Origin: a virus
Lineage: Duplodnaviria > Caudoviricetes
Length of the DNA stretch: 51,883 nt
IMG/VR virus record: IMGVR_UViG_3300017911_000834
Coordinates: 1 to 51,883 of that record
Strand: one strand, 5' to 3'
Each line of letters starts with the position of its first letter. The first letter of the stretch is position 1. A model generated the notes under the pieces. It had not been told where the DNA came from. It did no database searches and saw only the letters and a program-made list of their open reading frames with translations. Position numbers and translations under genes: made by a program. Shown here in pieces: positions 26,171 through 36,800 of this stretch.

Positions 26171-28765
26171 ATGGGTCTGCATAAAATCAAGAGCAAGGCC
26201 GTCCGTTTCAACGGTTTTACCGATGGAATGGTCGTCCCCACAGGTCAGTTCAAGGAGTCAGGAATCAACCTTCTGAGGCCAACGTATGCCGGTGGGTCAA
26301 GCACGACCAAGAGCGATGCGACAAAGATTGGCAGGTTGCATCTACCTACTGAAACCAATCCCTTGAACAGAATCCTCGGTCCTTTCACGATTGATGCGTT
26401 CATCGTTCCAAATTATGGTGGAACGGTAGTTGTGAAACCAAAGTGCTTCGAGTTGAAAGTAGGCCATCCATTCAAGAACGCACCCATCGAATTTTCTATT
26501 CACTGCGTAGGGCGTGTTTTCACGCTCTCTACGGCCTTTGACGTCAATACCCTACGTGAGTCCCACAGTGGCACATACGGTGGCGGAGAACACCTTCCTG
26601 ACGACATTTCTGAGGGCGCACAACCTCTCATGCTGGTGACGGCTCAATTCACGGGCGACGAGATGCGGATTTATGTCAACACAAATTTGGTCGCATCGTT
26701 GAATCTTGTAGAACAACGCATACTTGACAACGTATCATCAGACATGTATATCGGTGGACGTGGCGGTGAATATCGTGGTATCATCGAAAGCATACGGATC
26801 GAAAGAGGCGTCAATTCTCCGATTCTGCAACCGTTGACTGTGACAGATCAGACTGTTGGCCTTTGGGATTTTGAGGACGAGATTGACATACCCGACCTTC
26901 ATTTCTTCAACAACAAGAATGAGTCCTCGAATACTCAAGGTCGTGATGGGACTTTGGATGAAACAGGGTTATTGGAGAAGCCGTTGGTGTTTTTGGGATA
27001 TGCGTTTCAAAACATTGGCGACTTGGGCTACTTTCGCATATATGACAAACCCGAACACCCCGATTCGAATGAGGACGCATACTCAGCGTTGGAGAAATTA
27101 GCCTCTCTCGCTACCGGCATACCTCTTGAGGACATCAAAAGGCAAACATGGTATTCAACCTCATTGAACCTCAATGCCTACACGTATGGGACGAACACAG
27201 GTTCGTTGGATTATCTGACGTCAGGGAGAATCAAGCAATCATCCCTGAATGCAGTGATAAATCAGTCAGGAACTCACCCTCTGACGGGACTGACAAAAAC
27301 GGCAAGTGGCAGGACACGTGATTTGACTAACGATGAGGACTTCGTTCTCTCGACTATTGATGACCTTGACCCGATGGTGAACCCCGTAGAGCGTGTGAGG
27401 ATTATTTCACTTGACTTTGAGAACAATCGTGTAGTTTGTCAATCGGTTCATTTGCAGAATGATTTGACCACATCTGCAACGATTGAGAATCACCCAAAGG
27501 GTCAGGGTCTTCTGTTCGATCATGCTGATGGGACTCCTATTTGGCTGGTATTGGGCAACGCAGACCTCATCATTGACGATGGCAACAAAGACATCTCAAG
27601 CGTCTATATTGGAGTTCCAGCAACCGTTGACACGATTGTAGGTGGTTCGGGATATACTTCGGCATCAAACGTTGCGACCACTGGCGGTTCTGGAAGTGGC
27701 CTAACAGTCAACACACAAGCATCTTCAGGGGCTATCACCTCAATCACAATCAACGCCACGGGTTCAGGATATGAGGTTGATGACACGATTACCGTAACAG
27801 GCGGAACAGGTGGAACTTTTGACATCGCCAGCCTCGCAGAAACACAATACACACGGCCAAAGGATGCCTTCACAAGAGCGAGATTCACGCAAGGTCAGAG
27901 ATTCGAAGACAAAAGTGGAAACAAGAACACCGCCTACTTTGTTGCGAGTCAGAGCCGGATTCCTTCATCAATTGGCTCATCCCCATCTACTTCTCAAGCG
28001 ACAGATCCTGAGCCTCCAAATCTTGATGGCGACCTCATCCTTTGGTTGCCGGTCAGTGCTTTGACAGGTTATTCCGATGACGACACGGTTACACATCTTC
28101 CCGATCTTAGTGGAAACAAGTTTGGAGTCTATACTGTGGGGACGTGGAAGTATCAGGCTCAAAGTGCCAACTTCAATTCACGCCCATCGTTGAAGATTAC
28201 TTCGACAGATGGTGCTTTGGTGAACATTGACACAGATGACGGTGAATCTGAAGAGATGAGTCACACCCTCTCAACAGATGGATTCACCGCCTTCTTCATG
28301 GTCTATAACCCAACATTCTCAAATTCCGGTCCGTTTGACCTGATTGGTGAAAATGCCAGCACCAGCAAGACCTTCTTTGGACAAGGGACTGATGCTGATG
28401 ACTTTATCCTCACAAACTATGGCCTAACATCAACATATACCGCCACAAGTGCCAGTCTGAACAGAGCAGGATTATTGATTGTAGAATTCAACCTTTCAAA
28501 CGATGACTTGTTCCTTTACCAAGACAACGAATTGAAACACACTGCTCTTGGCAATGCTCAAGTCCAATACAGGTTTGACAACCGCCTGTTTGCGTTATTC
28601 GGTAGGGCTTTAACTACCAACACCTCCACAAAGACAGGGACGGCAAGCAACAAAGCACCACAAGATTTTGAGGTCGCTGAAGTTCTTCTCTACGAAAGGG
28701 TTCTCACAACCTCAGAAAGACAACAGGTGCAGGGATATTTCTTGAATAAATTCGGGGTGATTTGA
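26171..28765 (+). CDS. Tail-tip protein with N- and C-terminal LamG/concanavalin-like domains
   Basis: AVRFNG...FTIDAF...RIYVN...YIGG...GIIESIRI and LILWL...VAEVLLYERVLT..ERQQV.GY motifs; GGSGY Gly-rich module. Confidence 0.8.
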   Translation: MGLHKIKSKAVRFNGFTDGMVVPTGQFKESGINLLRPTYAGGSSTTKSDATKIGRLHLPTETNPLNRILGPFTIDAFIVPNYGGTVVVKPKCFELKVGHPFKNAPIEFSIHCVGRVFTLSTAFDVNTLRESHSGTYGGGEHLPDDISEGAQPLMLVTAQFTGDEMRIYVNTNLVASLNLVEQRILDNVSSDMYIGGRGGEYRGIIESIRIERGVNSPILQPLTVTDQTVGLWDFEDEIDIPDLHFFNNKNESSNTQGRDGTLDETGLLEKPLVFLGYAFQNIGDLGYFRIYDKPEHPDSNEDAYSALEKLASLATGIPLEDIKRQTWYSTSLNLNAYTYGTNTGSLDYLTSGRIKQSSLNAVINQSGTHPLTGLTKTASGRTRDLTNDEDFVLSTIDDLDPMVNPVERVRIISLDFENNRVVCQSVHLQNDLTTSATIENHPKGQGLLFDHADGTPIWLVLGNADLIIDDGNKDISSVYIGVPATVDTIVGGSGYTSASNVATTGGSGSGLTVNTQASSGAITSITINATGSGYEVDDTITVTGGTGGTFDIASLAETQYTRPKDAFTRARFTQGQRFEDKSGNKNTAYFVASQSRIPSSIGSSPSTSQATDPEPPNLDGDLILWLPVSALTGYSDDDTVTHLPDLSGNKFGVYTVGTWKYQAQSANFNSRPSLKITSTDGALVNIDTDDGESEEMSHTLSTDGFTAFFMVYNPTFSNSGPFDLIGENASTSKTFFGQGTDADDFILTNYGLTSTYTATSASLNRAGLLIVEFNLSNDDLFLYQDNELKHTALGNAQVQYRFDNRLFALFGRALTTNTSTKTGTASNKAPQDFEVAEVLLYERVLTTSERQQVQGYFLNKFGVI

Positions 28766-31700
28766 TGGCAGACTTGGAGGAATCTAACGAATCTGGCTAC
28801 TCCGGCATGTCGGGGATGACATCATACAACCGTGTAGAGGGTGAATTCTTTCTGCGCCAAATGCCATCTCCTGATGAGCAGATCGTAAAGCAAACAATCC
28901 AAGGTGTAGTTGACGAATTCATTTACAAGACTGATGAAGTGTCACTGCAATCCATCATCAAGGAGAACGAACAGGTCAGTGTCACCGAGAACGTGTATTA
29001 TGGTGAATCTTCTGCCGTTGTCAATGAAACCAAAACGGCATACTCGACAGATTCTTCGGATGAACCATTCAACCGTATGGTGATTCAGGCAGGTGTCGGT
29101 TCATACAGTGACGACCTAAGTGCTGATCTCTCTGCCTCAGTCTTTGACGAGGTTGTTGCGATTGCAGTAGAGAACATCGAGCCTTTCATGATAAAGGGGC
29201 TGGACATTGATTACACGGCAGGTTTGGTCAACGACAAACCGACAAATGATGGCTACATCAAGCACCTGACTCCATCAGATGAACCTTTCATCGCCTCAAT
29301 TCAATCCCCCACGATTTTGACTGACGCTGGCGGTCCGAGCAGAGTCTTGGTGTATTACGATGCCATTGACTTGACGGGCGAGGTCGTTGCAGGGACTACG
29401 CTAACTCCTTCTGAAGTCAACGCACAACAACGAACATACCACGTTGAGGGAGAGAATAAAGGGTATCTCGTAGTCAAAAAAATGATTCCTTCTGCTACAA
29501 CCCTATATGAAGTTTCATCGGGAACATGGCGTTCTCTGTCGGATATTCTGTTGAAGCCATACTCATCAACGCCATCAAATGATTCTGACGTTCAACTGAC
29601 AATCACCGCCCCAGGTGGTCTTATCTCCCTGCCCACCAAGGACTTCAAGCGTCCAATCAAATCACACCTTCTGAAATCGCATGGCTTCGGTGGGGCATTC
29701 CCATCGCCTTTCATTGATGTCAGCGATTGTATCATCGCAAAGAAGAGTAGCAAAATCGGGTATGGACGTCCAAGGCGTGTGGCGAACCCCAACACGCCAG
29801 ATACCACGGCCAACCCAAGACATCACGTGATGACTATTCAATCAAACACAGGAAACAACCTAAAGTCGTATGATGGGACAAAGAGGACTCCCTCTGAATT
29901 GTCCCGATCTACTCTCCAAGTGTTCAATGTCATTGACAACATGGTTCGACAGAACGAACATGTTCTATTGGTCGCACCTGCGAATAAGAACCGATATGCC
30001 GTGTTTGATGATTTCTTGACTAATGTTGATTCTGCAAACGCCCCATCTGTTTCTATTGAAGTCGCACTGCTCAATGGTCGTGCTGAAGAATTCAACACAG
30101 AAATCAACAATGGCGAGGCCAGTCTTGAGATGCGTGGCCGTTCAAATCTGATGGATTTGACTGACAAAGAAACCCAACGCAATCTAAACTTGGGCGAGTC
30201 TGTTCCAATCAAAGAGATTGGTGATATTGGGACTCCTACTGTGACTCTAACTTTGGGTGGTGTCGGCCAAGGAGGTGCAGACACGAAGCCAGAATGGACG
30301 GAACACAATTTCCTGAAAGGCTGGAAAGATCGTGTCGTTGGTTCGGGCAATGTATCTGTTCGAAATGACCATCAGACATCAACAGACTATGCTTCTACAC
30401 GTGCATTGGTCGAATTGCCTCTATTCCCTTCTATGTTCTACGATGTTGATGGTATCTATGGGGAAACAGATTCAGTCACAAATGGTGTTCATCCTGACCG
30501 AAAGAACGTCCAATTAACCGTTGATTGCACCATGACCGCCAAGAATCGTGTTCAAATGCGGAATTACGAGTCAAGGCAAGCCGTAGATTGGGGTATGCAA
30601 GATAGTTGGGCGGCGATTGAAATTGACAGGGATATGCCTGACTCGTTGTCAAGCGGTTCAAATTCATACGCTCTTAAGGCACAGATGCCCTCAATTCAAG
30701 CCGTGATTACCGGATTTGATTTGGATGCTGGAACGGCCAATTCATACATCACCGTTGATGATACAGAAGCATTCGTCAATGAAATCTTAAGTGCGGGTTT
30801 TGGCGGCCCTGACATTGATGAAACCACGGGCGTTCTTGAGAATAAATTCTACATTACGGTAGGTGAAGGTTTGGTCGCACCCACCACCGATCCTACTCTC
30901 ACTTACTGCACTTACCTCATGTTCCGTGTTCACAAGATTGATGACACGAACAATCGCATCTATGTGGATAAGGCGTTCTTGAGATACCCTCGAAACGACC
31001 TCACACTGAATCTCTCAAGCACTGCACCAAAGGCAGAGGATTACGCATTCACGGGTGCTACTGTGGTTCTCGGTGGTGTGATTGTGAGTAGCACATTATC
31101 TGCACACAATGAAACACTGAAGGTCAATTATTCAGGAACAGTCACGCAAATAATTGAGAGGCTTCGTGATGAATTAGGTAATTGTCTTGGTCTTGAAGAT
31201 AATGTATTCATCACCGGCATAAACACTGACATTGGCGGTCAAAACAAGTATCACCGCAACCTTTTGATTATCAAAAACCACATTGGGATGGGTGGATTGG
31301 AATGGGATATTTTCAATGAATGGGGTGCGGATAATAATCGAGAATTGCGAGAACCAATTGTCTGCTTCCCCAATTTCACTGGTTTGAAAGGCATTGATAG
31401 TAGTGGTTCAAATTTGCGATATGTCTTTCCCAACACATACGACTTCAGAGATATTGCTCTGAAAAGTGATGGTTTTGACAGTTCCGTAAATGAATTGATT
31501 CGTCAAATCAACATGAACGGCCATCCATTGGCAAAAACGGCTGATGGTCGAAGTGCATTTGACCCTCCTGCTATGTTGGTTTCAAATCCATCACTATCAT
31601 CAGGAGGCCATATGGGATATGTGCGAGCATATCTTGGCAAAGAAGTAGAATCAAGGGACGGTGAAAAGGGGCGAACAATCGTCATTCATTCTACCGTCCC

Positions 31701-33801
31701 TGGTGCGACAGGCCGTGAGTTTGCGGTTTGGATTAAGAACGATAGCGCATACCCGTATCGCCCAATACAGGCTATTGGGCATGGAGGGTTGTTGGCAACC
31801 AATAGCCGATCTTACCAATCAAGTTCATTCCCTGCACCAATGCCTCTCGGCGCAGATGGTGAAACGTTTGTCCCTATCACAACATTTACCGGCGCACCCC
31901 ACGGGACTGTCGTTCATCCCCTTGATAGTGATGACAATATCCGTGAATACAACGGCGTAGGATCACGATTCATCGTCCAAACCAAACAGACATCGGATTC
32001 ATCACTACATCTCCTGAATGGGTCATATTCATGGGACAACACCAACAAGCAATTCAGTTACATCACGGTAGAAGGAAAGGCGATGGACTATGCCTTGAGG
32101 TCAAGGTCAAGTTTCAACGGAGATCGGATTCTTCTCATCAACGGTTACTTCTGCACATTTGACGAAGTGAGGCCTCAGCAACTTGCTGGTAAGGGCGCAG
32201 ACGGGGAATGTGCTATCATCAATGTCAAACCACTGAAAGATGCAGATAAGTTTGTCAAGGAATTCTATGATGGGGCATTCAATACATATGCAAACGAGGT
32301 TGCTGGCTTTGACGTTGAATTCATCTACCCTCTGATTGACTCTGAAGGGATTCTTTTCTTTGGTGGCGGTCACACCGGCCTCACCTTTGACATCAGCGAT
32401 GGAACGGACAACGATTACTCAAATCAATACAAGCACCCCCTCGCTAACGGTCCGACTGGCTTTTCAGGATTCCAAAATCTCGGAGAAATCTCTGCACCTG
32501 TGGCGATATTGGACTTTACAGATGTGTTGAATGAAGATACCATCAATGCAGACACCCTGAAGGGCTTCCACCACACGACAGTCCTGAATAGCAACAATAC
32601 CCCCGAAGGAAGGTGTGCGTTCTACGCAAGGCTTCAGAATGGCCTTTATGGGACTAATGAGGATTTGGGGACAGGTGCGGTTAGCCAAGACGCTTCAAAG
32701 TGGAGAGAGGATTTGTATAATCGCAAAGTTCGTGTTACCTCTGCAAACGGTATGTCAACCACAAGACACGGTGTCACCAACGGAACAGAGGTGACTCCAA
32801 CTGGTGCGATTATCAAAGCGAAGATGTTTGACTTTGGTGATGTCGTTGCTTTGCATAACAACAATTCAGGGACAGTCGAAGCAGAACATGGTGAGGTGAA
32901 GAATTTCAATCCAAGCGGTGCAGATTGGTGTATCTCTGCAATTTGCTACAAGAACAGTAATCTTGGCTACATGACAGGTCCGATTTTCCATTCGATTTAC
33001 GATGATGGAACGAACAACGGGAAACCATACGGGTTGCATTTGGGCGGTGGTGCAGTATCAAACGGTAACATGCCTATCTCGGTAGCAATCTCTTACCCGA
33101 CAACGTTGCCAGTAGGTAGCCCTGTATTGGCGTCTGTTCTCGTTCCTTCAACCGTATCAGGTGGGACAGTTGAGGTTGATGAAGGAGGATGGACGTTCAT
33201 CATGGCAGGTAGAAGCCCATCAGGAACAAATGCGACGTTCCTATACATTGGAAACACAGTCGGCATCACAAACCCCGAAACGGGGGCTATGGAGGCAGGT
33301 ATCTTTGATTTCAGCGATTATGTAGTGAACGTTGGTGATGAGCATTACGGTGCGGCAGGGACTTCGCCAAATAGCAAAACCAACTTCGAAACCGAAACAA
33401 GTGGATATTCTGGCGGGGACAACGACCATCCAGATTGCCCCTCTGCAATCCATACGATCCGTGACAAGAACATGACTACAATCGGTTGTGCTTTGATTGG
33501 TTCACCATACATTGAGTTGACGGCATCAATGAACACGCAAGGCGGTCATGCTTGTCCTGCTCATTCAGGTTACTTCACTGGCTTGATTACGGTTGTCCCG
33601 CCTCCACCTCCGCCTCCGCCAGCACCTCCGCCCCCTCCACCAGTTCCGACTTACGGCGTTACCGACACTTCAGGGACGAATGGCGAAGATACCGCCGGAC
33701 CTATCCATTTTGCGGGGTATCTTACCGATGTTGCTTTATGGACGAGGGCTATGTCCTTTACAGACGCAAGCACATGGTTTGCGGGTCGTAACAAGTGGTG
33801 A
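28765..33801 (+). CDS. Giant tail-tip protein with C-terminal LamG-like domain and poly-Pro insert
   Basis: About 1678 aa; ends FAGYLTDVALWTRAMS (LamG terminal strand); ATG overlaps the upstream TGA. Confidence 0.8.
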   Translation: MADLEESNESGYSGMSGMTSYNRVEGEFFLRQMPSPDEQIVKQTIQGVVDEFIYKTDEVSLQSIIKENEQVSVTENVYYGESSAVVNETKTAYSTDSSDEPFNRMVIQAGVGSYSDDLSADLSASVFDEVVAIAVENIEPFMIKGLDIDYTAGLVNDKPTNDGYIKHLTPSDEPFIASIQSPTILTDAGGPSRVLVYYDAIDLTGEVVAGTTLTPSEVNAQQRTYHVEGENKGYLVVKKMIPSATTLYEVSSGTWRSLSDILLKPYSSTPSNDSDVQLTITAPGGLISLPTKDFKRPIKSHLLKSHGFGGAFPSPFIDVSDCIIAKKSSKIGYGRPRRVANPNTPDTTANPRHHVMTIQSNTGNNLKSYDGTKRTPSELSRSTLQVFNVIDNMVRQNEHVLLVAPANKNRYAVFDDFLTNVDSANAPSVSIEVALLNGRAEEFNTEINNGEASLEMRGRSNLMDLTDKETQRNLNLGESVPIKEIGDIGTPTVTLTLGGVGQGGADTKPEWTEHNFLKGWKDRVVGSGNVSVRNDHQTSTDYASTRALVELPLFPSMFYDVDGIYGETDSVTNGVHPDRKNVQLTVDCTMTAKNRVQMRNYESRQAVDWGMQDSWAAIEIDRDMPDSLSSGSNSYALKAQMPSIQAVITGFDLDAGTANSYITVDDTEAFVNEILSAGFGGPDIDETTGVLENKFYITVGEGLVAPTTDPTLTYCTYLMFRVHKIDDTNNRIYVDKAFLRYPRNDLTLNLSSTAPKAEDYAFTGATVVLGGVIVSSTLSAHNETLKVNYSGTVTQIIERLRDELGNCLGLEDNVFITGINTDIGGQNKYHRNLLIIKNHIGMGGLEWDIFNEWGADNNRELREPIVCFPNFTGLKGIDSSGSNLRYVFPNTYDFRDIALKSDGFDSSVNELIRQINMNGHPLAKTADGRSAFDPPAMLVSNPSLSSGGHMGYVRAYLGKEVESRDGEKGRTIVIHSTVPGATGREFAVWIKNDSAYPYRPIQAIGHGGLLATNSRSYQSSSFPAPMPLGADGETFVPITTFTGAPHGTVVHPLDSDDNIREYNGVGSRFIVQTKQTSDSSLHLLNGSYSWDNTNKQFSYITVEGKAMDYALRSRSSFNGDRILLINGYFCTFDEVRPQQLAGKGADGECAIINVKPLKDADKFVKEFYDGAFNTYANEVAGFDVEFIYPLIDSEGILFFGGGHTGLTFDISDGTDNDYSNQYKHPLANGPTGFSGFQNLGEISAPVAILDFTDVLNEDTINADTLKGFHHTTVLNSNNTPEGRCAFYARLQNGLYGTNEDLGTGAVSQDASKWREDLYNRKVRVTSANGMSTTRHGVTNGTEVTPTGAIIKAKMFDFGDVVALHNNNSGTVEAEHGEVKNFNPSGADWCISAICYKNSNLGYMTGPIFHSIYDDGTNNGKPYGLHLGGGAVSNGNMPISVAISYPTTLPVGSPVLASVLVPSTVSGGTVEVDEGGWTFIMAGRSPSGTNATFLYIGNTVGITNPETGAMEAGIFDFSDYVVNVGDEHYGAAGTSPNSKTNFETETSGYSGGDNDHPDCPSAIHTIRDKNMTTIGCALIGSPYIELTASMNTQGGHACPAHSGYFTGLITVVPPPPPPPPAPPPPPPVPTYGVTDTSGTNGEDTAGPIHFAGYLTDVALWTRAMSFTDASTWFAGRNKW

Positions 33802-33805
33802 TTGA

Positions 33806-36800
33806 ATGGCAGATGTGTATTCACGATACATTGACCCTGCCGAAACAGGTTCATGGGGGCGAACATCCACGGGCGAATTCGCCTCTGGAATCTTCGCAAT
33901 GCACATCACTTACCCTGACACTGAATATGACGATGATGTTGAGGATTGGGAGGCAGGGGTCAACTCTCAAGATTGGAGGCAGGGCGTCACTATTCTAATC
34001 CGAACCCCTTTAGCATCATCAAGTGAAACAATTTCAGAGGCATTGAACGTCATTGCGATTGACCTCAAGCAAGCAAAGGCAGATCACAACAATTCCGATT
34101 ATACATACGATTTGGGAACGGAAGAGGCGGCACGTTTTATCGCCGCTAAAATCAATTCCCGTAAAATCAAGATGAAAGGCGAGAATGACTTGACCAAATA
34201 TCTGAGGGCGAGATATATTCGTCAATCCCTACCCCAAAAGTATGAAATTAAAGAGGTTCGATACAAGGACTCGACAACCGTTACCGTTGAGATCGGCTCA
34301 CGAAACCCTCATGGTTTTCCGTCAGAAATGACAAACAATTTCAGCCTCAAAGCGGAGTCAAGCACTACTTCGCCATACATAGCCGCTGGAACATACTCGA
34401 ATCCAACGTTGCGATACACCCACGCCCCTACTGCAAACAACGATTATGCTGAATTTGAAGCCACTTTCAGTTCAGCACCCACCTATACGGGTTCGCCAAC
34501 TGCCGGTTCAATCCTGACAAATGATTTCACACTGATTGGTGAATCGCCAAAACATACGATTGCCATCACGTGGGAAAACTACTCTCCAAGCACCAATGCA
34601 GGTTATTGGGGTGCGGCAAATTGTGGTCCTGTCATTCAAGGCATGGGTTCAATTGGAATTCATCGTTTGGTTGCTAAACCGATGGACGGTGGAAACATGG
34701 GGCTACCTGCTCTGAATTACGATTCTCGCAGTGGAATCACGGCAAACGCACATTCCAGCAATCATGGATATAACCGATTCACGATTGAAGGACTGAATTC
34801 GTGTGTAATGCCCTCGATGCCACCTCCTGATCGTAAAACCAAGTTGCCAGTTGTTCAGGGAATCACTACACTACACCCTGATACAGAAGATGACCTTACT
34901 AACAACAACAGGCTCAGGATTGAAGAACTCGAATATGGAACAGAAGTTTTCACTGATTCAATCACAGGCCAAGTCGCCCTTGAAAGTGGAAATTACGGTC
35001 AGGATTTCACTGCCGCCCGAAACAACCATTACGTTCCGACAGGATCGAATGGAATACATCTTTCACATGTAGATAATGATTCTACAAACATCAAACACGG
35101 GTTGAATGACAGTTCAGAGAATGCGTATGCGAGGCCTTTCCGCATTACCCATGACCAAAACGAAGAACGTGTGACGGGGCTTCAAATAACTAACGAAGAA
35201 CGTGTATTCGAATCAATGACCGTTGTTGATGATCTCGGAAATGAATTGGTTCTCGAAGGCGGTTCACCATTTGGGACAATCATCCGTGACTTCACTTTGA
35301 ACAACACAAGAGAAGACCCTGAAACGGGGGAAATGGTCACTGGCCCTTCAGCACCAAGCGACACCATCAAACCGAATTTGCAGATTCAATTACCCAATCA
35401 AGAGGACATTCCCGGTGCAATCTTTGTCCGAAGCGGTCATGACCGTGTTCAAGCGTGGTCTAATCAAACGTGGGGCATGGGCGGTCTTTCTGCCCCTGAC
35501 CCTCGCAGGGCGGGGGTTGCAGAAGGCGAAACTACACCGAGCGCATCACAATATGAAACGCATGACCGTTCTCTGATTTTCCATTGTGAAAGGATTCTAC
35601 ATGATGGCTTGGAAGGATTCTTTGGCCTCGATTTGAGCGTAAAGCCAGGGGCAGTGCCAAGCGGAACGACCCGACTCTTCTCTGCTCACCGCATGTCTGA
35701 CCATGTGGAACGTGGAAGTCTTCTGACACAAACCAACAACGGAGTTACAACAGGCAATCCTATCCCCCACCATCGCATTCGCTTTGGCCGTCAAGGTCAT
35801 TCATTCGTGATGCCACTTTGCCATCGTGGAACGCCGATGTCAATGAGGCGACAACTTCACCGATCTCACGGCTCTGCATATTCTTTGATGTTTGAAGCCG
35901 AAACGGAATACAAGCACTTCGGCTTTGGCAACTCCAACTCTACAAATTCATCATCAGTCTTTGAATTGGACACAATGGACGTGAAAGAGGATTCTGCGGT
36001 TTATTCCACAGGTTCATTCTCGTCAGATGGTTTGCCACTTGATGAAATCAAGGGGTTGAGGCTCTACGATATTGACGGTGCAGACACGGCTCAAGTCCAC
36101 AGAAGTCTTCCTGATTATCTGTTCGCACCGGGTCAGAAACACACCAATGTTGAAGGAACGGCAGAGGATGTTGCCTTTGCTCTGGCTGAAATAAACGGCT
36201 CAGTGTCAACTGGCGGGGCTACAAAACTGACCTTGCAGGGGAACACCCTCACGGCCAACAATCGCTTCACCACGGCCAGCGAATTCATGATAAATGGGTT
36301 CTTCTTGAACAATTATCTCGGCATGGGAGGTCGCCCTGAGCCTATTCGCAGGGTCGCATCTGATTCGGATGGTAATTGGTTTGTCCGAGGTTATCACGAA
36401 GGCGTCATTCGTCCACGTGTAGCAACAGAATTAGCAACCACTCCCCCTCTATTGGCTCACGATCCAGAATTGCTGAATATGGCTGGCGCACCCAAAGCAA
36501 CCCATACAACAGTTCCAGCAACATCTTACACTAAATACGAAGATTACTACGATTTGGCTTTAACAAAAGCGAGCAATACGGCCAGTGGAGGGACGCCTGA
36601 CGCATTCCTTTGCACTTGGTTGGCAGAGTATAGTCATCCTGCATTCTTTGGGACGATGCGTGAGCATTTCATGTCGTTCCGCTATCGTGCATCAGGTATG
36701 CCTCGTTCAAAGGAATACCCATCAACGAGAGGTCTGCTATTGCGAAATGCTGGCGAGTCTAAAACAGACGGTGCATCAGCGTTTGAGAGGATTTATGTCG

